A stretch of 64,000 nucleotides of DNA from assembly GCA_951406725.2 (NCBI GenBank), contig OX597814.1:42780001-42844000 (forward strand), read 5' to 3'. Position numbers and translations under genes: made by a program. A model generated the notes under the pieces. It ran no database searches, was not told the DNA's origin, and saw only the letters and a program-made list of their open reading frames with translations. Shown piece by piece: positions 45,792 to 58,805 of the stretch. This stretch comes from Octopus vulgaris. Taxonomy: Eukaryota. The first letter of the stretch is position 1. The number at the start of each line of letters is the position of its first letter.

Positions 45792-46528
45792 TTCGATAGC
45801 AGCAACACTCTTATTTATTGTTTCTTCTGGAGGAGTAACATCAGTCCTTTAAATATTATCAAAGTGAAGTAGATGGAGATGTTTAATTTAATACTGTTGT
45901 TATTATAACATTATTTTTATTTCCAACCCTATTACTCGTATTCATAGTGTCATCATAGGTGATACTGTTTAAATTCCTAGAAATGTTATTAAGGATTATG
46001 TTATTATTTCTCAAGATATTATCGTTAGTATTATATAAAATTATGTTAACTCCACTATTATGGTTTGTCTGTCAATGTACTGTCTTTTTTTTCTTTCTGC
46101 CAAACTATTTCGCAGCGGAATCATTGTAAATATTTGATCTGTATTGTGAATATGTCCTTTATGCTTGAAAGTTATGCGGTCATTTGATGAGAGTAGGTTC
46201 TCTATAAAAATGTAGTGCTTTCATTGTTTAATTAATGAACTCCTAAGAAATTGAAACTTATACATCACTGTTACTCATATTTTACTCACCTGCCTTGGAA
46301 TCTGCACTTCGTAAGTATTTGGAAAGTATCTTTATATAAAGTACATCTCTACACAAACAAGAGCAGATTAATTCAAGTTGTAACGTACCATCTGTATACA
46401 CTGCAAGAATATCGGGTGAAAGAATTCATGCAGTTTGATACTCAACTAATATTGTGTGAGTCTACGAATAAGTTCGTCCTAACAAGGTGCCTCAATTTAA
46501 CCACTTAACTGAAGTGAATGTAGATTAC

Positions 46529-46530
<2 letters not shown>

Positions 46531-46608
<78 letters not shown>
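46531..46608. repeat. (TA)n microsatellite
   Basis: Direct reading. Confidence 0.97.
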
Positions 46609-46612
<4 letters not shown>

Positions 46613-47912
46613 TAGATATGTTTCGACCAGAGATTGCTCCAGGCCATGTCTAACTTAATAGCACCACCTGATGTGTATGTATGTATGTATGTATTTGCAT
46701 GTATATGCATATTTTATATACACACACGCACAAACACATATGTGTGTGCCCGCATGTCTTAGTGGGTGCATGTGTGTGTGTATGTGTCTATCTATAATAT
46801 AAATATGCATGCAAATACATACATGCGTATATGTGCGCGTGCGTGTGTGTGCAAACCATTTTCATTTTGCGTCCCGTATTCATACCACTTCAAGGTGAAA
46901 TTTGCGTTTCTTAACCTCATAGCTACGCCCGGTTTAACCCGCACTTCACCATCTTGTAAGTTTAGCAGAGTCAACTTGTCAGCAAACCTTCAAAGCCTAT
47001 TTCCTGTTGGAGGATACGTCATTTTTTCCCTTCTTCCGGTTTCAAACGCCCTATAACAGCTTGTATGATAGGATCAAAATAATCGACTAACCCACCTCCA
47101 AGTTTTACAAATGAGAAAACGATTGACCGTAATGTAATTTAATTGATCTAGTCATATTATTTGAGGAATCATCTATTATGCTAGGATCTATATTATTTCA
47201 CTTTAACAACGAAAAATCGGTTATTTGAATTTAAATGACAGAATTATTTAATGAAGCCTTTTGTATTATTGCACATTGATTTATCATAGCTTGATCCACA
47301 ATTTTCATGAAAGATTATCAGTAAGAAACTACAACTGGTAAGTATTTTTTTCTTATTCTGATTACGCAAATTTTAATTATATGCCCGATTCCAATATCTT
47401 CGTTAGCAAATGATATATAAAAAAGGCATTCATATATAATTCAATTCTAATAATAATGCGTTTCATGAATATATATGCTTATTTGTTCATCTTATAATTT
47501 TCAGTGATTGGCAAGTTTTATACATCTTTCAATTGAATACATACATGTACACTAGATTTTGTAGTTATGCCTTTTTACGATACGTAGTAAAGACGTTGTC
47601 TGCACAAATAAATTGTAATACATAGATACTTTCTCCTGTATGGAACGAATTTTGTCCGAACTACCTCTTTAACACGACTCATTCGGAGCCAGTCGGTACA
47701 CAAACACATCCACACACAGAGGTATAGGTGTATGCGTACATAAATACATGCATGCATACATCTCTCTCTGTTTATTTACTCTTATGCCGTTCTTTCGAAA
47801 TTCGTCGGCTCGAAACGTAAAATTATCTTCCATTCTACCCGAGCGTCAAAATAATACATTTGCTTGTTCCTACAATTGTCTTCTCTCTTTGTCTTTTTTC
47901 TCTATAAATGTG

Positions 47913-47958
<46 letters not shown>

Positions 47959-48480
47959 CTCTTGAGAAAATATGTTGGGCTTAATTTTGAAGAGCAGTGA
48001 ATAGTATTGTTCCATATTTTATATCATTCAACTACGGTAGTAGTTGAATATATTCTTAAGTCCACCATTACGTCAATCACAGCAGCTTCCAAGCATCACC
48101 ACTAATTTTCAAACTGTTAACAGTTTCAAAGAGGACACGTCATCAGCTACACCTTGACATAAATAGTTCTAGACTTGGTTCAGTAGAGAAAAGTTAATAA
48201 AAATATAAGAGGTCTAGAGTGAAGGAATAAGACATTTATTCATCTTCAATTAGCATAAGATTTATTTTATTTTAAAATAAAAGTATACTCTTTTGCGCTT
48301 ATATGATAGAATAATGCATTAAGGAATTAAGAATCGTTAGTCGCATAGAACAAAAATAGCAGAAATAAAGTTATGAGGTGAAATGTCACGAAATTTCATG
48401 TCAGTACGTGAAGAAGTAACGCCCCAAGCAATAATGTTAAGATAAGAATATATTAGTAAAATGAAAAGATATCTTCTGAC

Positions 48481-48590
48481 GCAGCGAGTTGGCAGAAACA
48501 TTAGTGCACCGGGCGATATTCTTTACACTATTTCGCCTGTCTTTTCCTTCTGAGTTCAAATTACACCGAGGTTCACTTTGTATATTTTAT
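48481..48590 (+). mobile_element. Truncated tRNA-SINE head (28181 family)
   Basis: gcagcgagttggcagaaacattagtgcaccgggcga...ttctgagttcaaattacaccgagg. Confidence 0.75.
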
Positions 48591-49369
48591 TTTTAATAAG
48601 CTTTTGTATTAGGGTAAGTTTAACTTTTATTATTATAGATTTTCTCTTTTAGCTTTAATTAACTTGATTTCTGCCTGTTTTGCTTTAGTTGCTTTCCTTT
48701 CCTTTTTAGTTAATTATTTAATCACGCTAGTTCATTAATGAGTTATGTGCTTCAGTTATGTGCATCTAAATTCATTGGGGCAGAAATATAGTCATTTTTG
48801 GCTGTGTTTATATGGGCAGACATGAAGGCATGTAGTAAAGCTGTCCAGAAAAGGCATTGGTTAAAATTGCTTATATTCTTAATTTACTTTCTAAATTTCA
48901 AAATTAATTAAAACAGATTTTTCAAAAATGAAATTTATATTAATTGGTTGTAGATAATTTTAACTTCGGCACATCTGATGTACTTTTATAATTACTGTTG
49001 TGTTGAATAATTATTGATAGATATAGATTAGCAGTGGTCAGTGCTCTTATCACCAACTTAAAATCTACGTTACTTAAGATGAGCCTGTTAACTGATGGCT
49101 TTAAGGTCTTGTTGTTTGTAACTTTTGGTGAGCCATGCTGCAACCAGCAAGATCGTAAAATTCCCCGCCATTAAATTGGTGTGGATGGGTAATGTCAAAT
49201 AATTCAATCACAATATATATTGAAATTAAACATGAAAAATATTGAAATATCATCATCACTTACATGGAAAAATTGAAATATTATCTTTCAGTACTTTATA
49301 AGTTACAATCTTAAATTATTAATTGACACATTATTAATTATCTTATAATAACAATGCTTGGAAAAATAA

Positions 49370-49824
49370 TGGATTACGTGGAAAAATGCGAGCATGAAAA
49401 GTAAAATATTCTTAATATTATAGACCTGGAAAAGTAGACTTTTTGCTTAAAATATTGCAGCTAAATTTACAATTTTAAAATTATTTTATTATAGATTACA
49501 ATTAACACTATACTTATTTAAGTGGAATTTGGCTAATTTACTACCTTAAATATAGAAAAATGTGACTAATTTGACGAACATTAAAATTAGCTGAACAGTT
49601 TTGTACAATAACTTTAATAGATGAGAATTGTAAAGAGTGATAAATTAAAAGAGCTGGCATTCTTTGCTGCAATGTTTTAAGTAAAAAGTTTCTTATTCTT
49701 TACTTTACTAGATGTAATAGCTTGTCCTACACTTTTCCATGTGTAATAACTTGTCCTGTACATTTCCAGGTCTATAATCTTAAGAATATTACTTTTCATG
49801 CTTGCATTTTTCCATTTAATACAT
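49370..49824. mobile_element. MITE-like element with ~70-bp inverted repeats
   Basis: tggaaaaatgcgagcatgaaaagtaaaatattcttaatattatagacctggaaa versus ttccaggtctataatcttaagaatattacttttcatgcttgcatttttcca. Confidence 0.75.
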
Positions 49825-50892
49825 ACATACTTAATGACCTGTTCATCACTAATAATAAATAGCTATATAAGTTATGCTATTGGATTATCAACAATTATAG
49901 ATTCAGAAATCCGTCTACGTAATATAAGTTAAAGTTACATTAGTTAAAACTTTACAAACTTATTTCAAATCACTCAGATGAAATATTTGTTTAGATGAAC
50001 GCTATATAGATGTAAGTGTTCCGTAGAGCAAGACATTTGGTACTCAAGGGATATAATAAAAGTATTGAAATTGAGTAATTGTCGTTTCTCTAAATCCAAT
50101 AATGACATGTATCTAAACGTTGACGCTTCAGCTGGCAATAGGTCATTTCATATTTGAACCAACCCCACCACTCTGCGCTTTCGATGAACAAACTGCCACG
50201 ATATCAGTAGTCATTCCCTATTTATCCTTTCCTCTCTTATTTGGATTTTGAGAACTTACAACCTGTAACGTTAGATTTTCTTAAATTTGGATTGGCAACT
50301 TCTTTTATGAAGAGTCAAAAATTTCTTCAGTGGTATACTTGTAAAATGACTCTGTCATGGAGACACTTCAACAGAGAATTTTTAAAATTGCTTACGGGTT
50401 AGACCTTAGAGACCTAGTATATTTTTCTTCCCTGCTTTCTTTTTTGCTTTTAAATTTTCATCAGATGTTTTCTTCAATCGAATTCATCTATAGTAATGCC
50501 CGTCTAATATATGTCTGCGTATAAGTGAATTTTTTTATGTTCTCTAATTTCTTTCCGTAAATTTGTAGCGTGCCTTTACAATATTGATGTCATTGAACAT
50601 TACAACCGAAATATATTAATCGACGAGATGAAATTCTTGGTTTTTTATTCTATAACTTACCACATTTTAATTTGTCATCTACACTATACACTTGATAATT
50701 TCGTATATTATCATTATTATTGTTCAATGTAGTGACTAATGGAATTTAGCTTCTTAGAGTCGTTGAAAGTATGGAAAGGTAAATCGATATCTTGTGTTAA
50801 TAAAGTGTTTTAAGTGTATGTGAGATACTGTAGAAGACATTTAATAATTTAGTTCTTTTGTTAATATATCTGTATGTGAATGTTTACATACG

Positions 50893-50923
<31 letters not shown>

Positions 50924-51371
50924 ATTTCAAGTGCAGCACACAACCTGCTGAGATTTAGCTGTCGGATTCCTAACTTATTCAGTTGTAGATGAAATATAGG
51001 CTTCATAACGGTAAACTCGTTGTGTGGTTGTAGCGAAGAGTAAAATATAATCCAAATATTAAGACAATGAAAGAATTTAGCACTTCTTTAACGATCACTT
51101 ATAGTTGTATTTGTACAAACTCTGCTTTTCTTTCATTTTAGTAGCTTTTTTTAATTATTCGGAATTTTCATTTTTCTCTATTATTATATACATGCCAAAG
51201 TCAGTGAATTGGCAGAATCGTTACCGCCCATGTCAAAATGCTTTGCCATACCACTGTAATGTTTAAAACCACAAATATGAAGCTAAATGCACATCTGGAA
51301 CTTTTGCGTGGACTGCAATGTCACATACCGGTAATTAAAGACAAGAATCCTTAGAACAGGAATTCGGGAAT

Positions 51372-51444
51372 ACACACACACACACAAGCACACACACTCA
51401 ATCACACGGGCACACGCACACACACACACACACACACACACCTA

Positions 51445-51523
<79 letters not shown>
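51372..51523. repeat. (CA)n-(TA)n microsatellite
   Basis: Direct reading. Confidence 0.95.
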
Positions 51524-51525
<2 letters not shown>

Positions 51526-51637
51526 TTACGTTTGTGTTTCTGAATTCCAGTACTAGCGTTCAGTAAAACTTTCAAGTATAGTCTGTATTGTCTGTGTTTG
51601 GGAATTACGATATGCTACATTTCTTTATTTCTGTATG

Positions 51638-52022
51638 GATGGAAGCACTCCGTCGGTTACGACGACGAGGGTTCTGGTTGATCCGATCAACGGAACAGCC
51701 TGCTCGTGAAATTAACGTGTAAGTGGCTGAGCATTCCACAGACATGTGTACCCTTAACGTAGTTCTCGGGGATATTCAGCGTGACACAGAGAGTGACAAG
51801 GCTGGCCCTTTGAAATACAGGTACAACAGAAACAGGAAGTAAGAGTGAGAGAAAGTTGTGGTGAAAGAGTACAGCAGGGATCACCACCATCCCTACCGGA
51901 GCCTCATGGAGCTTTAGGTGTTTTCGCTCAATAAACACTCACAACGCCCGGTCTGGGAATCGAAACCACGATCCTACGACCGCGAGTCCGCTGCCCTAAC
52001 CACTGGGCCATTGCGCCTCCAC
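51638..52022 (-). mobile_element. Full-length tRNA-derived SINE with a 9-bp TSD
   Basis: Head ggaggcgcaatggcccagtggttagggcagcggactcgcggtcgtaggatcgtggtttcgattcccag (A and B boxes). TSD ttctgtatg at 51629-51637 and 52023-52031. Confidence 0.92.
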
Positions 52023-52914
52023 TTCTGTATGCGTCACTGCATAATGTTGACCGGCCGGATGTGGATTGGTGAACTTCTTTAGTAGTATACGTAAGTGTTA
52101 TCCCATTGTGGTTAACCATTTTTACTGGTTTCATACACTCGTATGCAATCTTGCATGAATCCTGATTTAACACTATATGAACATTATATTCCATGTATGT
52201 TCCCTTCTGTCATTCATATGTTTCTTATTGAATGATACATTATGGTTATCTACAGATTTCAGTTAACTTACTTTTGGTATACCTTCTCCAATCGAGAAGG
52301 AACCTTTTCCTTACAGTCTAACATTTCAGTTTCAGAATTTTTATTCACCTTCTTTCAATATACTTTACAGTATGTGATATATAACTTTATTTGCAGGTCA
52401 TACGTCAAATCGTTTCATACATATTGAAACTCATTTTATGGTACCCCATTGGAAATAGTAATAGATATAAATAACCCATCTGGTGGATCCAACTTTCTTT
52501 TCCATGAAACGAGTTTCCCGTTTGAACCCCTATTTAATTTTTTTCGCCCTTGGCAATTTTATGACAATTTTCTTACATCACAAATCGTTATTGCTTACAA
52601 TAAAATGTTCATATCTCAAAATGAAACGATCTTAAAAGGTAGTGGAATAGGCCCACCTGGAACTGAAACCAATATAAGTAACCAAGAAAATGCCAAATAT
52701 CTTATAAGAGGAATAATAAACGCGTTACAGATATATTAATATCAAGGATGATGAAACCACACTTACTATTTTTCTTCTGCATACATTCAACACTGCATCG
52801 GGATAAGTTGACTGTATCGATGGAATGATAGATTTAATATTAAACAGTTAGACAACTCACCAAAATATGACATAATTACTTTAAAATAATGTAAATATAA
52901 TGAAATGCGTATAA

Positions 52915-53100
52915 TGATTTGAAATATTAGTACAAACTTTGCAATTTTGTGTGGAAGGGGTAGTTTGATCCCATCGACCCACAGTGTCAACTTGTACTTA
53001 TTTTATCGACTCTGAAACGATGAAAAGCAAATATGACCCGGTGACATTTGAATTCAAAACATAAAATAGGAAGAAATGCCGCTAAGCATTTTGTTCGCCA
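52915..53100 (-). mobile_element. Decayed tRNA-SINE (28181 family)
   Basis: atcgacccacagtgtcaacttgtacttattttatcgac...gaaacgatgaaaagcaaa...atttgaattcaaaac...ccgctaagcattt. Confidence 0.72.
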
Positions 53101-53847
53101 GGTCACTATCTTTGAAATGTATGTAATAAAAACAACAAAGAAAAACAATAAATTTTAAAAGAAATTAAAAAAACGGAAAAAATTGCAATCCCCTCGATTT
53201 ATTTAAAACTTGCTAAGAACTAATCATCAAAGCATTTCATTGCATTTTTATTAAAGAACAATTTGCAAAAGTGTTCGAATCTTGTTGATCCATCATAAAA
53301 TATTTTAAATTTAAGCAATGATCACAAGTTCCGAATTCTATTGAAATTAGATTTTCAAGCTCTTCTCCATTTGTTCACATAACGTGCAATCGTGTAAATG
53401 CTGTTTACTAATGCCTCACGACGACAAATTCTTTATCGCTGACATTGAGGGGACCGTCAATTCTGTGCAAGGTGAATTTATAGCATTGTCGACCAGTGTG
53501 TCGACTAGATTCTACTAGAGAGAAGCCCATCTTTAACATGCCCAGCCATTTACTATCTATTTCACAAGTAAGTCATTTTGTGTAGTGAAGAAGAGAAATT
53601 ACGTCACTGAAATTGACAAAGATCCATTTACTTATGTATACACACTCTACAAACAAATGCATTATATATTTGTACGTTAATATATATATATAAGTGTATC
53701 ACAAATAAATATATTCTAGTAGAGTGGAATAACTAAAAGATTTTTTGCATCTTACTCTAGTTTCAGGCTCTTGATATTGGTCAGATCGTTTAACATTTGA
53801 ATTATTCATACTTTTCTGATAAAATTTTATTTATAATTGTATGATGT

Positions 53848-54214
53848 AGTAAACATTATTTGCCAACGTAATGTAGCAATCCCAGTTGGGACGAATGTTT
53901 CTGTCATTTAGCTCCAGCTGTCTATACGACACACTATCTGTCTCCTTATGTATTCGAACAGGGGCGTTTAGCATCCCCACTCAGCACAAAGCAATATCTG
54001 TGGATTGCGGTTTCTGAGTTATTTATCTTGTGGAATCCGCGATCCACAGATATTGCTTTGTGCTGAGTAGTATGCTAAACTCCCCTGTTAGAAAATATAA
54101 GGACACAGATAGTGTGTCGTATAGCCACCTGAAGGTGATGTTTCCTGGGGCTAAATAGCAGTAACATTTTTCATAACCGGGACTTCCACATTATGTTGGC
54201 AAATAATCTTTACT
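53848..54214. mobile_element. Fold-back/MITE-like element (~165-bp arms)
   Basis: Arms include actcagcacaaagcaatatctgtggat / atccacagatattgctttgtgctgagt and tatacgacacactatctgt / acagatagtgtgtcgtata. The loop is ~18 nt. Confidence 0.9.
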
Positions 54215-55297
54215 TTCGAGTACTGTTACAAAACTCTCTCTCGTTGAGAGATTTAGAAATAATAATGTTTCTATTTGTTTGATATATTTTCTCTTAAAAT
54301 AAAGAACACCCTGCCAAGCAAGCTCAGACCATGCTGAAAAACTGGCTGAGTACAGATTTCAGGTTATCTGGATAGAGTACTATCGTGTTAATTTATAAGT
54401 TATGTGTCTATGTATAAAACTAATATCTAACACTGATATTTGTGATAACAAAAATAGTGAAATAAAAATATTTCCAAAACTACACACTGAGATATTCTTT
54501 CCTGTATGCTATAGTTGCAGTTATGATTTGTGGGCATGTTTATGTATCCCCGAACAATGCTATAGATAAATATTTTCATTGTTCGTAAGGGGATTAATTT
54601 TCCTATTATTTTTCAGTATCATATATGTAGATACTGAAAGAACAGAGGTTTTAGAATGCTTTGTATGGCACGTCATAGTTAGAACATGGGAACAGCAGTA
54701 GTTAACATTAGTGAAGGACAGATCTGTGCATAATGAAAGGTTTCAAAATATACCCCGAATTATGACAAGTAATAAAATGATGAATTTGAAAATCCATATG
54801 AATCTTAACTAAAACAATATCCCATGATGTATGGAAAAATAAGATGAGAGTGCCAGCGTATAAATAAAATGAGAAGCATCCAAAGCACATATAATTCTAA
54901 GTGAAAATACACAATTTACATCCACGCACACACGCGTATGCATATGTATGTATATCTCTGCAGGTATTTGCCTATTCAATAATTCGTATATTTAGGGCCA
55001 TACTCGAATCCATTTTCATTCTGGTTGCGTTATAACATTTGCGTATGAATTACTTTACAAAAGAAACTAAAAATATTAAATACATGTGTAGTTGATCTCC
55101 ACTGCAATATCTGATATGCACCACTTACAGTATGTCAAATATCATTTATTTCGTTCATTTAAAATTCTTACATCTGTATTTTAATATCAACTCTACTATA
55201 AAAAGTATTTATATAGTAAGTCATACTCCCCTTACCCAATCACAATGGATATATGCGCGCGCGCGTGTGTGTGCTTGTGTATTGCTGTAGTTCTGGC

Positions 55298-55430
55298 ATG
55301 GGTAGTTTGGTGATAAGCTTATTTTACAACTACATGGTCCCGGGTTCAGTCCTACTGAGTGAGACCTTGGGTAAATATCTTTTACTACGGCCTTGAGCTG
55401 GCCAAGCTGAAAGTAGTCCGGCGTATAGAC
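55298..55430 (+). mobile_element. Partial tRNA-SINE (9141 family)
   Basis: acatggtcccgggttcagtcctactg...accttgggtaaatatcttttactacggccttg. Confidence 0.65.
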
Positions 55431-56284
55431 ACAAAGATAGATATACACACGTATGTGTGTATATTCTTCAAAGAATATATTCTTCAAAGACACATTGCGT
55501 CCAAACTTTTCCTCGTGAGGCTTCGCCTGTAACAAACCTTCTCCCAAGAGGTAGACTCACAAGGAACATACAACAAGTTCACACAAAATGCTGCTTTGCC
55601 TGTGTCTTACTTAGATCTACCTATTGTAAAAATGTTAATGGTACAATTTAACAACGCTAAACTTAATTTGTTTTTTTTTATCTCTTACGCTCGGTGTATC
55701 TAAGTATTGTATGATTAGAAATTATTTGATGTTAAATTTAATATCATAAACAGAAAATACAATTCCTTTACGTAGATAATTTTATTGCTTAAGACAATAA
55801 TCTGCAGCTTAAATCGAAATATATTTCATTTTGAGCATATTACAGGCAAAACAAAACATTAATATTAAACTGAGAGAATCGATATTGAACTTTGAATTCT
55901 TGGTATTTTCATTAAATAAATTTCTGTGTTTGTATGTGTTAACACTGTAAATGAAATAAATATTACATCTGTTATTAATTTTGTCTTATTTCGGACAAAA
56001 TATCAATTTTCATGAAGTTACCAACATATTCAAATATTTCTCATTTTGGCAATGTTTGTATAGTTTACTACTGCTGGTCTGATTATATTATAGGGAAAAT
56101 AAAGTTGAAAAAAAACCCCATCATGTTACAGCGATGTATTCGTAGCATTCATTCATTAGAGATTTGATAAAACACTTGCAGAATAAACTCCTAAATATGC
56201 TGCAATTTTGTTTTCAATTAACGTTGGCTCTTGTAGCCATCTGCATTTTTCAACTTAATTACACACACGTACGCCTTCGAAAGT

Positions 56285-56430
56285 CAAAATTCAAGGACAA
56301 ACCACCGAGGTCGACTTTGCCTTTCATCCTTTCGGGGTCGATAAATGAAGTACGAGTTGCGTACCGGGGTCGGCCTAATCGACTTGCCATCTCCCACAAA
56401 ATTTCGGGCCTTCTGCCTAGAGTAGAATGA
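56285..56430 (+). mobile_element. Partial tRNA-SINE (28181 family)
   Basis: ccgaggtcgactttgcctttcatcctttcggggtcgataaatgaagtac...gggccttctgcctagagtagaa. Confidence 0.8.
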
Positions 56431-58078
56431 ATATTCATGGTCAAAGTTATCCTTACCTCGTGACTTTCGTTTCCAAGACTTTCGGACCTACACCCTCTTC
56501 GACATGTACATCGGTGTAGCTTTGGATTCACTAGTAACTTCTTGAGCTATACTTTAACAATTCCAGTGGTCTTAAAGCATGTTTAACACTAACCGATACG
56601 TTTAAAACAAAGAACAAGAAATCGTGGATTTTATATTGAATTCTTAAAACATTTTGTCATGTATTGCTTTTGGCTTTCAGCATTTCTAGCGTTTTCCACA
56701 ACTACCTTTGGGATTCGTGAGCCGGGTCAGACGACGAACCTAACTTACAACGTTTATAGCAGTCTTCATTTTACAATAGCGTCCCTGTGCGAAGATTACG
56801 ATTTCTGTGTGTGAGGTATGGAGGTTTGCACGTATGGTTGTGTGTATTCTTATACATATAGGCATACTATATCATGACTTTTACCCTTGGTGTTTCGTAT
56901 TAGGTACCATTACATTTTACTAAGAAATAATTTAATTTTATTAACGTTTGCAAATTCTTTCGGAGATTGGTGACTCCACCAAGTGGGAATAGTATACCTG
57001 TGCAGTCAGATGCGTTACCATGTGTTGTTTATGATTCTGTAAGTAAGGCTGCCAACATTAGCGCTTATCTATCGGGACGGTAATTACGTCTAATAGGAAA
57101 TAGAATGAATAACTACGAGAATAATTCGCTTTGTCTAACTAAATGTAGTGTTCGGTTGATTAACATACATTGCAATCAATTAAGCCGTTTATCTGCTGCC
57201 GTAGCTTTCGTTACGCTTTACGTTACTAAAAGTGCACAAGAGAAAGATATGAAGAAACTGTACGTTTTTATTCGTTCGTTAAACTTGTATTATTATTTGT
57301 TTCACATCTTTATAATTGTGAATGTGTTGATATGAATCTACAGACCTTTAAGATTTGCACGATCTAATTATCCAGCTATTCATTTTCTACGTACCATAGG
57401 TTTGCAACATAATGTTTTTATCTAGTTTTATGGCTTTTGTTAGTAATTTTAACTCTTCACATTGATATATGGAATTATGAATATTGGATAAAGAGATTTA
57501 TGATGTTGCAATATGGTCATGAGATGAAGGATACAACGGCATGGTTTATATGTATAATGTACAAAGTTTTTTTAATACCTAAGATTATAATGTAGCAAAA
57601 CATACTAGTAATTCCTTTAATTTACTTACTCCTTAAAGTTATTTCAACAATATGTATTTTATTTACTACACATTGTAAATGAAGAGGATTTGAATAAATG
57701 GAATTCGAGAAAGCGAAGCTTTATAAGATATAAAACATTCATTCTGGCATTATGATAAGTACAGAAAAGCATAAAATACATGGAGTTTAACGAAGGAAGA
57801 CACATCAAATGTACAAATATGCAAAGTAAAGTACATACTACAATGATTGATGAGTAATTCATGACTACTTTATACAGAGGCAACATGTCCTATATTGTTG
57901 GCTGTAAAGGAGTACTAGGCAAGTCTCAGTCGCGATTAAACAAGGGCAAGACTATATGTCATATGACGGTCTTCAGTTTTCTGCGCATGAAATATATAGA
58001 AGCAGTGTATCGACATTGTCATATTTCTATTGGTGCTAACAATTCTAATATATGGATATATTATATAATTAACTACCG

Positions 58079-58137
<59 letters not shown>

Positions 58138-58266
58138 TAAAAAGAATTCCAACCTTGTCTGATTTTCACGTTTTATTTACAATCTTATAATGATATATTA
58201 TAAGATAATATATTATAATTGAATAAAATAAAATGAAATAGTAGAATGTTAAATATTCATTCTGAT

Positions 58267-58311
58267 TGAACTAGTACTTTCATGCATTGAATTCTGCAAT
58301 CTTCGGGTTCA
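58267..58311 (-). ncRNA. Minimal type-I hammerhead ribozyme in the PLE pLTR
   Basis: UGAAC-CCGAAGA-u-UGCA gaauucaa UGCA-u-GAAA-GUAC-UA-GUUCA. Palindromic stem III (AGUACU), CUA triplet. Confidence 0.72.
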
Positions 58312-58805
58312 TGTAGTAGTGTTGACAGTCATGCTTCACAATTTTTGACTGTAGCAAGATGAGTGATTCTGTGCTATAAATACAGCTGGGTAGGCTCCAG
58401 AGTGCTAGGTTTTGCAAACTGTATTCTGACCAATCAGTGTGTAGTATCACTCAATTACTTAAGCTGATTGGTTGGTTGAGCTGATTGGTTTAGGCATCAG
58501 GCTTTGTTGGACAGGTCAAGAGTCCTGTATCTTGACCCTGGCCGAAGCAGCAATTGTTGGGTTATTTTTAGAAATGTTGTAAATATCCTTTGTCAGAGAT
58601 TTTTATATTTTTATATTTCAATTGTCATCATCATCATTGTCAGCACCTTAATTATTGTTGCTAGTGGTGATGGTGGTGGCAATAGAACTTTTAACCCTAA
58701 ATAAGATAATTTTCCTGCTATCTTCGTCTTGATCACCTTTAGTATTGTTGTTGTTGTTAGTGGTCATGGTCGTAGCAGTGGAAGTAATACCTCTAAGTAT
58801 TATTA

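Larger units (their letters stand above)
44337..45888. mobile_element. Retrozyme-like array of ~150-nt monomers with hammerhead-like motifs, flanked by a 14-bp direct repeat
   Basis: Period 150 (gatgttactcc at 44351 and 44501) and 149 (gagatgtttattt at 44607 and 44756). Left monomers are inverted relative to right ones. taatactgttgtta occurs at 44323-44336 and 45889-45902. Confidence 0.7.
41600..46510 (-). mobile_element. Highly decayed Penelope-like element with a long AT-rich 3' region, carrying nested insertions
   Basis: Hammerhead at 41831-41957. GIY-YIG-tail remnant at 43720-44045 (ECLAEN.., NHLSKILERKDNTIGFNLKWYFVHRAQTF). 42182-42240 recurs inverted at ~46093-46152. Boundaries are approximate. 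Confidence 0.55.

Noticed and set aside
44351-45888. CRISPR-like reading of the regularly spaced repeats
   Set aside because: Whole monomers repeat with no unique spacers, there are no cas genes, and the context is eukaryotic.
46860-47110. Possible exon (LQDGEVRVKPGVAMRLRNANF)
   Set aside because: Short, no family recognised, and no supported splice pair.
48108-48152. Minus-strand CTGATGA...GAAA with palindrome aaactgttaacagttt
   Set aside because: Neither stem II nor stem I can pair, so it is probably a chance match.
54271-54290. tgtttgatatattt resembling part of miR-190
   Set aside because: The seed region mismatches and there is no precursor hairpin.
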